Of a stretch of DNA of 64,000 nt, positions 1 to 9,688 are shown piece by piece. Source of the DNA: Pelagomonas calceolata (taxonomy: Eukaryota). A program made the translations under genes and the position numbers. The stretch is from assembly GCA_918797485.1 (NCBI GenBank), contig CAKKNE010000001.1, forward strand, positions 434,001 through 498,000. Direction: 5' to 3'. The number at the start of each line of letters is the position of its first letter. Position 1 is the stretch's first letter. Below the pieces are notes generated by a model. That model was not told the DNA's origin. It saw only the letters and a program-made list of their open reading frames with translations, and made no database searches.

Positions 1-897
1 CTGCTCGGCCTCCCGCAAATCGCGCTCCGTGAACGTCGGCGTGACCGTCGCCGGCGTTACGGTACTAAACCGCGTCATCCAGTCCGCTCGCGCCGCGCGC
101 TGCTGCCGCGCTTGGGCCTTCTCGCGCCGCCGCGCCTCGCGCTGGCTCCGCAAATGTTCGACGGCCCCGAACTTCCAGAACTCGCGCAGAAACTCAGAGC
201 CATCGATGGTCCCGTTCCCGTCGTAGTCCATCCAGCGCATGGTAGCTCCCAGCTCCTCGGCCGTCAGCTTGACGTTGAAGCACTGCGTCAAAAACGTGTT
301 TAGTCTGGATGCCGTCATCACCTCGCTATTCAACGCTCGAGAATAGCCACCATCCGCACTATCCCCGTTGAACATGACGGCCGCCCGCCCCAACTTCCCC
401 ATGGCCGTCACGAAGGGCTCGTAGTGCACCAAGGTATGACGCTGCTGCAGCGACTTTTTTGTGGTGCCCGCGACGCCCGTGTAGTGCGTCATTAATCTAG
501 CTGAAGCCTTGAGCTGCTTCTTCTGTTCGGCCGTCAGCTCGATCTTCGGGACGGTCTTCTCCTCTTCGTCTGATAGAGGTCCTTCGTCTTCTTCAAAGAC
601 CGTGGACCGCATGCACGAGAGGCCGCGCGAGATCGACCGGCTTTCCAATTTCAAATCCATCTTCTCCAGCTCGGTCTTGAGCCAGTTCTCATCAGACCAC
701 TGGTCGCCGGGCTGGACGATGGGCCGGTTGTCCATCTTGGGCGGCACCGGGCGCGGGAGCGAGCCGGCGAGGCGCCGCGTGTTGACGGTGACCTCGTCGC
801 CTCCATCGTTGTCCGGGTAGCAGATGCGCAGGAGGTCCTCGGCCTTGTAGTTGTTGCGCTGCGGCGCCCTGTCCTTCTTCTCGCGCTTGCGGCCCAT
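1..897 (-). CDS. EF-hand-containing protein, 3' part runs off the window
   Basis: Manual translation from the ATG at 897 (MGRKREKKDRAPQRNNYKAEDLL...) stays open to position 1. It contains the EF-hand-like loop DYDGNGTIDGSEF. Absent from the ORF track because there is no stop in the window. Confidence 0.7.
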   Translation of the reverse strand, partial: MGRKREKKDRAPQRNNYKAEDLLRICYPDNDGGDEVTVNTRRLAGSLPRPVPPKMDNRPIVQPGDQWSDENWLKTELEKMDLKLESRSISRGLSCMRSTVFEEDEGPLSDEEEKTVPKIELTAEQKKQLKASARLMTHYTGVAGTTKKSLQQRHTLVHYEPFVTAMGKLGRAAVMFNGDSADGGYSRALNSEVMTASRLNTFLTQCFNVKLTAEELGATMRWMDYDGNGTIDGSEFLREFWKFGAVEHLRSQREARRREKAQARQQRAARADWMTRFSTVTPATVTPTFTERDLREAEQ

Positions 898-1230
898 GGT
901 TTACTGCCGTTCCTTGCTCTGTGGCTCAACCGGACGTGCGCAGCCCTTTTCTTCTCCGGGGCTGCCTCGGGCACCGCTTCTGTCACCGTGCGAGGCTGCC
1001 TTCGTTTCCGTCGACTCGGCACCGCCACGCCTCGGCGTTTTTGCCGTGACGCTCTCTCACAGCGCCAGGCCGTTTTGTGGCTCGCTATCCTCGCCAGCAA
1101 GTGGACCCATCAAGAGCGCCGACGCTACTCCTCGTCCCCTCGGCGGGAGCCATACAGGCGTAGGGCTGCTCCTACTAGTCACACCCGGCTCCAGATGGCC
1201 GTGACCGCTGCGCCAAGAAGACAGGTAAAC

Positions 1231-2211
1231 CTAAATAGACTTTAACCACGCCAGGTAATCCGCGTTCGCCTCGTCGGGGACGTCGTCGTGCGGCACGTGG
1301 CCCGCGTCGACGAGCGTCAGACTGACGCGCCCCTCGGCGGCGAGGCCCTGGAAGTAGCGCCCGCCCGTCCCGTCGAGGGGCGTGATCTGGTCGTTCCGCC
1401 CCCAGAGGCAGTGGATCGGGCACGTCACGGCGCCCATGACCTCGTCGGGCCGCGGGCCCGGGTCGCCCGACAGTATCTCCACGAACACGTCCAGCGCCGC
1501 GGGATCCTCGGCCGGCTCCAGCGTCGAATCGACAATGACCGCGTCGGCGCGCTCGCTGTTCGTATAGACCTGCTTGAGGACCGCCTCCACATTTTCTCTC
1601 GCGCGCACGCTGTCGAAGAGCGACCGCGCGAGCGGCTTGATGCCGAGCAGGAAGTCCAGCACCGCGAAGAAGACGGCCCCGACGGCCCGCGACGGCTCCG
1701 ACACCGCGGGGTCCGTCACCGCGAACTTCGAATTCATCCCGCCGGCGCAGTTATTCAGGATCAGGCCCTTGACCAACTCCGGTCGTTTGGCGGCGACGTC
1801 GAGGGAGACCAGCGACCCGATCGAGTTGCCGACCAGGATCGCCGGCTTCCCGCCCGCGTTCGCCTCGAGGAAGGCCGCGGCCTGTTGGCGCCAGCGGCCG
1901 ATGGAGTAGGGCCCCGGCGCCTTCTCCGAGAGTCCGAGACCGAGTAGATCCAGCCGGTGACACCTATATCCGGCCTGCGCCAGCGCCGGCGCGTTGTCTC
2001 GGTACGTTTCTAGTGACGAACCGAATCCGTGGAGGAACAGCACTGGTGTGCCGTCGGCCGGACCCTCGCTCGCGTAGCGTATCTTGTTGTCCTGCCACTG
2101 CCACTGTGATTCCGGAGCGACGGCGTGCAGTCGCGTTGGTGGTGCAACTGGTCTCGCTGCTGGCGGCTGCAAGGCAGCGACGCAGCTGGCAAACCAGAGG
2201 CTGCTGTGCAT
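1231..2211 (-). CDS. Alpha/beta-fold hydrolase with N-terminal signal/plastid-targeting-like presequence
   Basis: HGFGSS oxyanion motif, GNSIG nucleophile elbow, WGRNDQITP and GHVPHDD catalytic Asp/His regions. Confidence 0.9.
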   Translation of the reverse strand: MHSSLWFASCVAALQPPAARPVAPPTRLHAVAPESQWQWQDNKIRYASEGPADGTPVLFLHGFGSSLETYRDNAPALAQAGYRCHRLDLLGLGLSEKAPGPYSIGRWRQQAAAFLEANAGGKPAILVGNSIGSLVSLDVAAKRPELVKGLILNNCAGGMNSKFAVTDPAVSEPSRAVGAVFFAVLDFLLGIKPLARSLFDSVRARENVEAVLKQVYTNSERADAVIVDSTLEPAEDPAALDVFVEILSGDPGPRPDEVMGAVTCPIHCLWGRNDQITPLDGTGGRYFQGLAAEGRVSLTLVDAGHVPHDDVPDEANADYLAWLKSI

Positions 2212-2526
2212 GATCGATGCCTTGCGCCGCTTGCTGGCACGTGTGAAACCTCAGATATCTCGCAGCAGTGCACAACGCTCGTTTTCCTTGCTCGGTCGCA
2301 AATCTTAATGCAGCACTATGGCTTTTTAGCCTTGCCAAGCGAGCTGTCCAAGCCACGCTCTCCGAGCTGGTTTGGCTGTGGACAGCGCGGGCGTAAGTCG
2401 AGCTGGTCAAATTTCGACGCAGGGTCACACGGCTGCAAACGACACCATTTGGACGAATTTGAGCAGTCGTGCGCCGACGCAGCTTAGAGGGCTCGCCGCT
2501 GAAAAACACAAGCGGCTGCAACCACG

Positions 2527-4548
2527 ATGCATGCGGTAGCCGTGCGAGCGCTGCGCCACCACTTGAGGCCAGCAGCACGCCACTTCACGCAACCCTGCGC
2601 CAACACGAGAGTGATAGCCGTCGTCGCGCACGTCGACGCTGGCAAGACGACGCTGACCGAAGAGATGCTCAACAAGGCCGGCGTACTGAGAAATAGCGGC
2701 CGCGTCGACGCCGGCAGCGCGACGACGGACTTCCTTGAGCAGGAGCGCGAGCGCGGCATCACGATCCAGTCGGCCGCGGCGCACTTCGACTGGAACAACA
2801 CAAACATCGTGCTGGTGGACACGCCGGGCCACGTCGACTTTGGCTTCGAGGTGGACCGGACGTTAAGAGCTGTCGACGGCGTCGTGCTGGTCGTGGACGC
2901 CGTCGCGGGTGCGCAGGCGCGGACCGAGGCCGTGGCGCGCGCGGCGCGCGAGACCTTTGATCTGCCTATGATTGCCGTCGTCAACAAGATGGACCGCATG
3001 GGCGCGGACTTCGAGGCGGCGACGAAGTCGCTTTCCGTAAGGTGCGACCTGACCCCCATCAAAGTCCAGGCCCCTTTAGTGGAGAAGGATGTGTTTGAGG
3101 GGCCGCGCGATTTGATAGAGGAGTCTGACAAAGTGTTGGCGGAGGCCGTGGCCGATGTAGACGACGCCTTCGCGGAGTTGTATATCGAGGACGCCTTTAC
3201 CTCCGAGGATTTGACAGATGCCGTCGCGCGCCTCACGAAATCCAGGGACATCACACCCGTGCTCTGCGCCGCGGCCCTCAAGGGCCTTGGGGTCGAAAAG
3301 GTCCTGGACGCGGTCGCGGCGTTCCTCCCGTCGCCGCGCGATATATTAAAAGAGGAGGCCGACTTCGCGGCGCTGATCTTCAAGGTGTCGCACGATGCGA
3401 GAAGAGGTCCTTTATGCTTCGCGCGCTGCTACGGCGGCGCTCTATCACCGAAGACAATGGTGAATGTGGCGTCACCATCATCACCGCTCGGGGGCCGCCT
3501 CGCCGTTGAGCGGCCCCAGCAGTTCCTGACGCCCTTCGCCGACGACTTTGAACTATCCGAGGCCTTTGAAGCCGGCGAGGTGCGCGTCGTGACGGGCCTC
3601 AAGGACGCGCGGACGGGCGATACGTTGGTGACGAAGGACGGCGCGCGCGCGAAGCGCCATACTAAAGGTGAGGCGCACGCCGCATTACCAGGAACGACGG
3701 CGCCGCCGCCGCCGGTCTTCGCCGCGGCCGTCGAGCCCGTCGCGACGGCGGACCTCGCGGCCCTCGAGGAGGCGTTGGCGCTGATGTGCCGCGACGACCC
3801 CTCGCTCACAGTCACGGACGAGGACGGCGGGTTAGTGTTGAGGGGCGCCGGCGAATTACATTTAGAGGTGGCCTGCGACCGCCTGCGGAGCGACTTTGGG
3901 GTCAAAGCCTCGCTGTCGCGGCCGCGCGTCGCGCTGCGCGAGAGCGTCGAAATGGCTTTCGAGCAATCAACGGATGTGATCTACGACGCAACGCTCGGCG
4001 GCCAACGCCTCTTCTGCGGCCTGCGTCTTAGAGTAACGCCGCTGGCCGACGAGGAGGCCTACGAAGCGGCCGTGCCGATCACGACCACCAATGTCGACGC
4101 CACGCCGCTCCTGCGCGAGGCTTTGGAGGAGGGCCTCGCGGCGGCGGCGACGCGCGGCGTCCTGCGGGGGCAAGCCCTCGCCGGCGTCGCGGTCGAAGCG
4201 CTTTCCCTGCAAAGTGACGGGCCCGCGACGACGCCGGGCGCCGTCCGCGCGTGCGCGGCGCTCGCGCTCGCCGACGCGCTGAAGCGGGCGCAGCCGGTCT
4301 TGCTCGAGCCGATCGTGAGGCTGGAGATCGAGGCGCCGGACCGCTCCGTCGGCGACGTGCTGTCGGACCTGGCGACCGCGCGGCGCGCCAAGGTCCTCGA
4401 CGTGACCTCACGCGCGACCCGCTCCGTCATCATCGCAAACGCGCCGCTAGAGACGCTCCTCGGCTACTCGACGGCGCTGCGGTCGCTGACCCAGGGCGAG
4501 GCGACCTTCGCCCAGGCGTTCGCGCATTTGGCGCCGCGGATTGGTTAG
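2527..4548 (+). CDS. Elongation factor G-like GTPase, probably mitochondrial EF-G2/ribosome-releasing factor 2
   Basis: AHVDAGKTT, ERERGITIQSAA, DTPGHVDF, NKMD, GAGELHLEV, LLEPI and LRSLTQG motifs, plus an Arg-rich N-terminal transit-like peptide. The EF-G2 subtype is an inference from divergence. Confidence 0.85.
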   Translation: MHAVAVRALRHHLRPAARHFTQPCANTRVIAVVAHVDAGKTTLTEEMLNKAGVLRNSGRVDAGSATTDFLEQERERGITIQSAAAHFDWNNTNIVLVDTPGHVDFGFEVDRTLRAVDGVVLVVDAVAGAQARTEAVARAARETFDLPMIAVVNKMDRMGADFEAATKSLSVRCDLTPIKVQAPLVEKDVFEGPRDLIEESDKVLAEAVADVDDAFAELYIEDAFTSEDLTDAVARLTKSRDITPVLCAAALKGLGVEKVLDAVAAFLPSPRDILKEEADFAALIFKVSHDARRGPLCFARCYGGALSPKTMVNVASPSSPLGGRLAVERPQQFLTPFADDFELSEAFEAGEVRVVTGLKDARTGDTLVTKDGARAKRHTKGEAHAALPGTTAPPPPVFAAAVEPVATADLAALEEALALMCRDDPSLTVTDEDGGLVLRGAGELHLEVACDRLRSDFGVKASLSRPRVALRESVEMAFEQSTDVIYDATLGGQRLFCGLRLRVTPLADEEAYEAAVPITTTNVDATPLLREALEEGLAAAATRGVLRGQALAGVAVEALSLQSDGPATTPGAVRACAALALADALKRAQPVLLEPIVRLEIEAPDRSVGDVLSDLATARRAKVLDVTSRATRSVIIANAPLETLLGYSTALRSLTQGEATFAQAFAHLAPRIG

Positions 4549-4581
4549 GCTGTTGTTGTGGTTTTGAAGTAAGTAAAGTCA

Positions 4582-6495
4582 TTAATTAATCACAACCTCG
4601 TCCGGGTGCGCCATGCGCAGCGCTGCGGCCGCCGCCGCGAGGAACAGCTTCCGGTCGCAGTCGCCGCGGGGCGCCGTATCGGCGAGCACGGCCGCTTTGT
4701 CGAGGAGGACTCGGAGCGCCCGCTCGCTACCCGCGATGCGCGTCGCGTCCACCCCGAGCGCGCCGGCGACGAGCCCGGCGGGCAGGCACTGCTTCGCCCG
4801 CGCGGCGTCTTGCGTCCCCTTTCTAAAGCGGAGCGGCCCCGTCGCCACGAGCTCGACGCTGACGTCCGGCCCGGGCCGGGATCTCGTCCCCGGCGCGACG
4901 AGCGCCGCGAAGCGGTCGAGCAGCATGTCCACCGCGGCGCCCGACGCGTAGTCGACGCGGTCAAACAACTCCAGCGCCGCGGCCCGGCGCCGCGCGACCT
5001 CCTCGTCGCCGATCGCCGCGAGCCGTCGGGGCAGCGACGCGACGTCGCGCTGGCCGTGGCGCACGATGGCTTTATTCCAGTCGAGCGCGTCGCGGAACGG
5101 CAACGGAAACTGGTCCGAGATGACGACCGGGATGCAGCCGGCCGCGAGCGCCTCGTAGAAGCGGCGCGACGAGGCCGTATAACCCGAAGGAACCAAGCAG
5201 AACGTCGCGTTGCGCGTCCTGGACGCCGTGTCCAGGAAGTGCCGGCGCGTGGCGTCGCTCGACGCGCCTTTCACGGTTTCCCCGCGCACCTTAGAAACGC
5301 CCTCGTAGCGGTTCTCGACGAGGGTGACGTCGGCGCCCTCGACATTCCTGAACGCCGCGGCGACGGCGTGGCGCGCGCGCGCGCCCTTCTGGCCCGCGGC
5401 GCGCAGGAAGACGCGCGACCGCGGCGCGGCCGCGAGCCCCGCCGCGTCCAGCGCGGCGGCGACGAGGCGCGGCGGCTCGACGAAGTAGGGCGCCACGACC
5501 GTCCGCGGCCCGGGCACGAGGACCTCCTTGCGGTGGTCGCCGTTCGGGCCCTCGAGGTGCGGCACGATCAGCCGGTGGTCCATCAAACGCCGGCCCCAGG
5601 CGTCGACCACGCGCGCCGTCGAGATGTGCAGTAGCACGTGGTGCTCCATGAGCGGCTCCCAGTACCTCCCGGCGACGACCTTATCGAAAAGCGCCCAGGC
5701 GCGCTTCAGCAGCTCCTGGGCCCCCTGGACGAGCGAAAGGACCCGCCAGGCCGCGGGCACGACGAAGAGCCGCGGCGTGCTCACGAGCGGCAATTTTTGG
5801 GACGGGTCGAAGGGCGCGCGGCACGGGTGGTGCAACACGCTATCCACCACAAAAACCTCGGGCAGGAACTCGCGCAGCTCCCAGCCGAGGGGCCACTCCT
5901 CGTCGGCGCGGTCGATCGCCGTGCGGTGAAGCTCCTCGAAGCCCGGGTAGACCAGTAGAGCCGCCTTGCACGCCACGACGGTCGACCGCACGCGGGCCAT
6001 CGCGAGTAATGATGAGACGGACTCGTGGTTCTGCGGGGCGATTTTTGGAGGCTTTTGCATAGCTAGGTTCCGCGGCAGCGTGTCCGTCGCGGCGGGGCAC
6101 CCTTCGCTAATACCGAGGAACGCGCACAACGCGCCGTACGACGCCCCGGCCTCGAGGTCGAGCTCCAGCAAGGTCGTCGCCGCGGCGCGGACGCCCTTTT
6201 CGTAGGCCTCGCGGCGCGCCTGCGCCTTCTCGAGCGCCGCCTCGGGCCGGCTCTGCTGGATGCTGGTCCGCCACCGTCCCGCGTCGCGCGTCGTCAGCAG
6301 AACTTTAGAAGAGGGGTGCGCCGCGAGGTGCGCCTCGTAGCGCGCGAGGTGCGGGTGGTCGACGGTGACATCGAGGCCGAGGGCTTCCAGCGCGAGCTTG
6401 ACGTGGTGCGTGCCGGTGTGGGCCGAGCCGCAGAGCAGGACTGCGTTCTGGGCGCGTGCTACGCATGCTGCGGCTATCAGGTGGAGGGGCCTCAT
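4582..6495 (-). CDS. Secretory exostosin-family (GT47) glycosyltransferase with N-terminal sulfotransferase-like domain
   Basis: Signal peptide; FCLVPSGYTASSRRFYEALAAGCIPVVISDQFPLPF is the GT47 signature. The N-terminal LCGSAHTGT...KVLLTTRD...YGALCAFLG resembles P-loop sulfotransferase folds. Confidence 0.8.
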   Translation of the reverse strand: MRPLHLIAAACVARAQNAVLLCGSAHTGTHHVKLALEALGLDVTVDHPHLARYEAHLAAHPSSKVLLTTRDAGRWRTSIQQSRPEAALEKAQARREAYEKGVRAAATTLLELDLEAGASYGALCAFLGISEGCPAATDTLPRNLAMQKPPKIAPQNHESVSSLLAMARVRSTVVACKAALLVYPGFEELHRTAIDRADEEWPLGWELREFLPEVFVVDSVLHHPCRAPFDPSQKLPLVSTPRLFVVPAAWRVLSLVQGAQELLKRAWALFDKVVAGRYWEPLMEHHVLLHISTARVVDAWGRRLMDHRLIVPHLEGPNGDHRKEVLVPGPRTVVAPYFVEPPRLVAAALDAAGLAAAPRSRVFLRAAGQKGARARHAVAAAFRNVEGADVTLVENRYEGVSKVRGETVKGASSDATRRHFLDTASRTRNATFCLVPSGYTASSRRFYEALAAGCIPVVISDQFPLPFRDALDWNKAIVRHGQRDVASLPRRLAAIGDEEVARRRAAALELFDRVDYASGAAVDMLLDRFAALVAPGTRSRPGPDVSVELVATGPLRFRKGTQDAARAKQCLPAGLVAGALGVDATRIAGSERALRVLLDKAAVLADTAPRGDCDRKLFLAAAAAALRMAHPDEVVIN

Positions 6496-6572
6496 TTATG
6501 CATCAGTGACGGCTGCCCCGGGCATCGATGTCGCTCGTACGGCGCGTGGGCAGCTTTTTTTTGTCTCTCTTG

Positions 6573-6594
6573 CTAGTGTCTTACAGGACGCTAG
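6573..6594 (+). promoter_or_regulatory. Intergenic CTAG-bounded motif copy CTAGTGTCTTACAGGACGCTAG
   Basis: Matches the recurrent consensus; lies between divergent genes. Regulatory role is inferred. Confidence 0.6.
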
Positions 6595-6769
6595 CTCGCC
6601 TGTTTTTGCGGTAGCCGATTTTGCCAGTGATTTGCGTCAGAGATAAGTTACAGTTGCATCTCTTGTTAGCTTCTGGCTATCGCTCGCGCATAGTAAAAGT
6701 TCTAGACCACTGCTGCCTTACAGAGCTAGCAATCAGCGGTGCCCTGCTGTGCTGCAATTTAGCCTGCAA

Positions 6770-7975
6770 ATGGATGCCAAAACCACTCAACTCGTGCAAG
6801 ACTTGGGCCCGGAAGTCCTGGCAACGCTGGGCGGCGCGCCCTCGAGCAAACTGGAGCAAATGAAGGCCAAGCTCCAGAAGCGCCCGCCGCGCAAGAGCCG
6901 GCTCGCCGTCTTCGCGGCGCTCGACGATGCGACAACACCACAAATCCGCCGCGAACTGGAGGGCGGCCGCGTCGTCGCGGTGCGCTGCCGTAGAGCTGCC
7001 GCGGAGGCGCGCTGGCCGGCGATCGCCGCGCTGTGCGCGCAACGCGTCGAGGACGACGACGTGCCGAACGACCACGTGTCGAAGGGCTCCTTCGTAGCCT
7101 TGAACGGCGACGCGTGCTACTGCGTGGGCGGCTTCCGGCGGCAGAAGGACACGCGAAACTGCGCCGCGGCGCTCGTCCAGGAGGCGCGGCGGCGCAGCGA
7201 CCGGTCGGAGCGAGACTTTTACGTCGCCAGGGCCACGGCGACGTTCGGCGACGTTGAACGGAGACAGCGCATCGACCACCTGTTTGGGAACGTGCCCGAG
7301 CGGCACCTGCTGCAGATCGACGAGGAGGGCGCCTACGGCGCCTCCAATGAAATCTGCGCCGCAAAATTCGCCAAGGCGGCGGAGATCGACGGCGTCGCGT
7401 GTGTTGTGGATGCGACGGCGTGCGTCGGCGGCAACAGCATCGCCTTCGCGCGGCGGTTCCCGCGCGTTGTGAGTATTGAGCTGAATATGGAGAGGTCGCG
7501 CATGCTCGCGCACAACATAACGCACGTGCGGCGCTTCGAGCGGCTGGGCCGCGTCGACGTCGTGCAGGGCGACTGCTTGGAGAAGCTGCCGACGCTCGAC
7601 GTCGACTGGTCGTCTACCTTAGTCTTCGCGGACCCGCCCTGGGGCGGCCGCCACTACGAGGACTGCCAGGACGTCGACTCGGAACAGGGCGTCCATTTGA
7701 AAGGTACCGGGACGCTCGACGGCTTCGTCGAGACCGTCGCGGGCCTCGGGTGCCGTCATTTATTGCTCAAGGTGCCGCACACCTTCGACGCGGCGCGGTT
7801 CGCGGGGAACGCGGCCGTCGCGCGCTGCGACGCGCGCGCCGTCGCCGACAAGGTGCAGCTCGTCGCGCTCGAGCTCTGTGTGCCGGCGAAGCGGCCCGCG
7901 CCGTCGGAGGCGTCTTCTTCTTCGAAGCGCAAGAAGCGTCGGAAGAAAAAGAAGCGCTCGTCGAAGGAGTCGTGA
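6770..7975 (+). CDS. Trimethylguanosine synthase (TGS1)-like RNA cap methyltransferase
   Basis: VVDATACVGGNSIAFA SAM-binding motif, VFADPPWGG motif and a basic C-terminal NLS. Start taken at the first ATG (MDAKTT). Confidence 0.8.
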   Translation: MDAKTTQLVQDLGPEVLATLGGAPSSKLEQMKAKLQKRPPRKSRLAVFAALDDATTPQIRRELEGGRVVAVRCRRAAAEARWPAIAALCAQRVEDDDVPNDHVSKGSFVALNGDACYCVGGFRRQKDTRNCAAALVQEARRRSDRSERDFYVARATATFGDVERRQRIDHLFGNVPERHLLQIDEEGAYGASNEICAAKFAKAAEIDGVACVVDATACVGGNSIAFARRFPRVVSIELNMERSRMLAHNITHVRRFERLGRVDVVQGDCLEKLPTLDVDWSSTLVFADPPWGGRHYEDCQDVDSEQGVHLKGTGTLDGFVETVAGLGCRHLLLKVPHTFDAARFAGNAAVARCDARAVADKVQLVALELCVPAKRPAPSEASSSSKRKKRRKKKKRSSKES

Positions 7976-7993
7976 ACTGTTGTAATTTTGATG

Positions 7994-8878
7994 TTAACTG
8001 TCAGATTCCCTAAAGAACCGCGGCGACGCGGGGTCCAACGAGTCGACGTCGACGGGCACGCCGGGTCCCATCGTCGACGAGAGCGAGGCGGCGAGGAAGT
8101 ACTTCCCCTTGGGCGCCTTTTCCGGCTTCGCGGCCACGAGGGCGAGCATCACGCTCCTCAAATTCGCGAGCAGCTTGTCCTCACCAAAACTCAATCTACC
8201 AAAGGGCGCGTGGAGGACGCCCCGCTTCGGCTCCGTCCGCAGCTTCACGCGGCCCTTCTTGAGCTCCGCGACAAGCGCCCCCAAGCCGTCCGCGTCGTCG
8301 GCGAGCGTGCCCTCGTTCTTTGCCGCCGGTAACAAACCCTTGGGCCCGAGCACGCGCGCGGCCTTGCGCTTCAGCAGGGGCGCCATGTCCGCCGTCGCGA
8401 CGCACGCGTCAAACTCCACGTACCCGTCCGCGACGCGGTCCACCAGGTCCTCGCCGCCGACGACGTCCGCGCCGGCCGCCTTTGCATTTTCCCGCGCCGC
8501 GGGGTCGTCGGAGACGGCCGCCACGACGACGCTGCGGCCCACGCCGTGCGGCAGGCTCACGACGCCGCGCACCGCCTGCAGCGGCTTGCGCGGGTCGACG
8601 TTGAGCATGACGTCGAGGTCCACGGACTCGTCGAACTTCCGTCGCTTTTTAGTGCCGTTTTCCAGGACTTGGCGTAATGCGTCGTGGATGGGCTGCGGCG
8701 CAGCCGTGGCGAGGGTGCGGCCGAGCGCTGGTCGCGTCGCGCTGCGCAGCCCTTGCTGAGTGGTGCTGGCTGCGCAGCACAGCTGCTGTGGTCGCGTCGC
8801 GCGGCGCAGCACGTGGATGGGCCGCCCAGCGGTGCACAGCTGGCGCAGTGGTCGCGTCGCGCGGCGAAGGAGGAGCAT
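7994..8878 (-). CDS. Organellar (probably mitochondrial) ribosomal protein L1
   Basis: KFDESVDLDVMLNVDPRK, VRGVVSLPHGVG, ARVLGPKGLLP, LSSTMGPGV; Arg-rich transit peptide. Confidence 0.92.
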   Translation of the reverse strand: MLLLRRATRPLRQLCTAGRPIHVLRRATRPQQLCCAASTTQQGLRSATRPALGRTLATAAPQPIHDALRQVLENGTKKRRKFDESVDLDVMLNVDPRKPLQAVRGVVSLPHGVGRSVVVAAVSDDPAARENAKAAGADVVGGEDLVDRVADGYVEFDACVATADMAPLLKRKAARVLGPKGLLPAAKNEGTLADDADGLGALVAELKKGRVKLRTEPKRGVLHAPFGRLSFGEDKLLANLRSVMLALVAAKPEKAPKGKYFLAASLSSTMGPGVPVDVDSLDPASPRFFRESDS

Positions 8879-9197
8879 TGTTGCAGTTCTGTGGGTCGCT
8901 GGTGCGCGAGATTGCCTCCAGCACACGGCTTGCGCGTTTTCACCTGACGCGCTAGTATGTCACTACACTAGATAATCGCGGCTGGAAATCGCAGGCCGAG
9001 GACATTCAGCCGCCTGCCACACCAGCAGCCAGCCACCACTTGCCGTGCTTCCATTTGGGCCCTCATTTCGCTCGAGAACCCGCCGCAATCATCTGTTTGG
9101 CGCGGCTCGCTCCTCTGAGATCCAGCTGCCGCCGCCGCCGCATAAGCAGTAGCCGTGCCGCCGCGAGCTGCCAACGCCGCCGCCGCGCCAAAGCACC

Positions 9198-9674
9198 ATG
9201 GCCCAGCAGCAGGTCGACATCAGCGCCATGTCGCTCGAACAATTGAACACATACAAGGGCCAGTTCGAGAACGAGATCAAACAATTACATGCCAGACATT
9301 CGGGATTGAAGCAGGCCGAGGGCCGTTTTCGGCAATCGAAGGACGCGCTCGCGGCCATTTCGAAGGACGACGAGGGGCGGCGCATGCTCGTGCCCCTCAC
9401 CCAATCGTTATACGTGCCCGGGGAACTGGGCGACCCGGACCAGCTGCTCGTCGAGCTCGGCACGGGGTATTACATCGAGAAAACGCAACAAGGCGCCACA
9501 GAATTATTAGATAGGAAGATCGGGACCGTCTCGAAGAACGCCGAGGACATCAACACCGTCGTGGCCTCGAAGCAGCAGAACTACGACGCCATCGTCCAGA
9601 TGATGCAGGTGAAGATGGCGCAGATCCAGGAGCGGCGTAGTGAATTGCAGCGCCAGCAGGACCGGAGCGGATAG
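9198..9674 (+). CDS. PFDN5: Prefoldin subunit 5 (alpha type)
   Basis: MLVPLTQSLYVPG...LLVELGTGYYIEK signature flanked by coiled coils. Confidence 0.92.
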   Translation: MAQQQVDISAMSLEQLNTYKGQFENEIKQLHARHSGLKQAEGRFRQSKDALAAISKDDEGRRMLVPLTQSLYVPGELGDPDQLLVELGTGYYIEKTQQGATELLDRKIGTVSKNAEDINTVVASKQQNYDAIVQMMQVKMAQIQERRSELQRQQDRSG

Positions 9675-9688
9675 ATTTTTAACAACAC

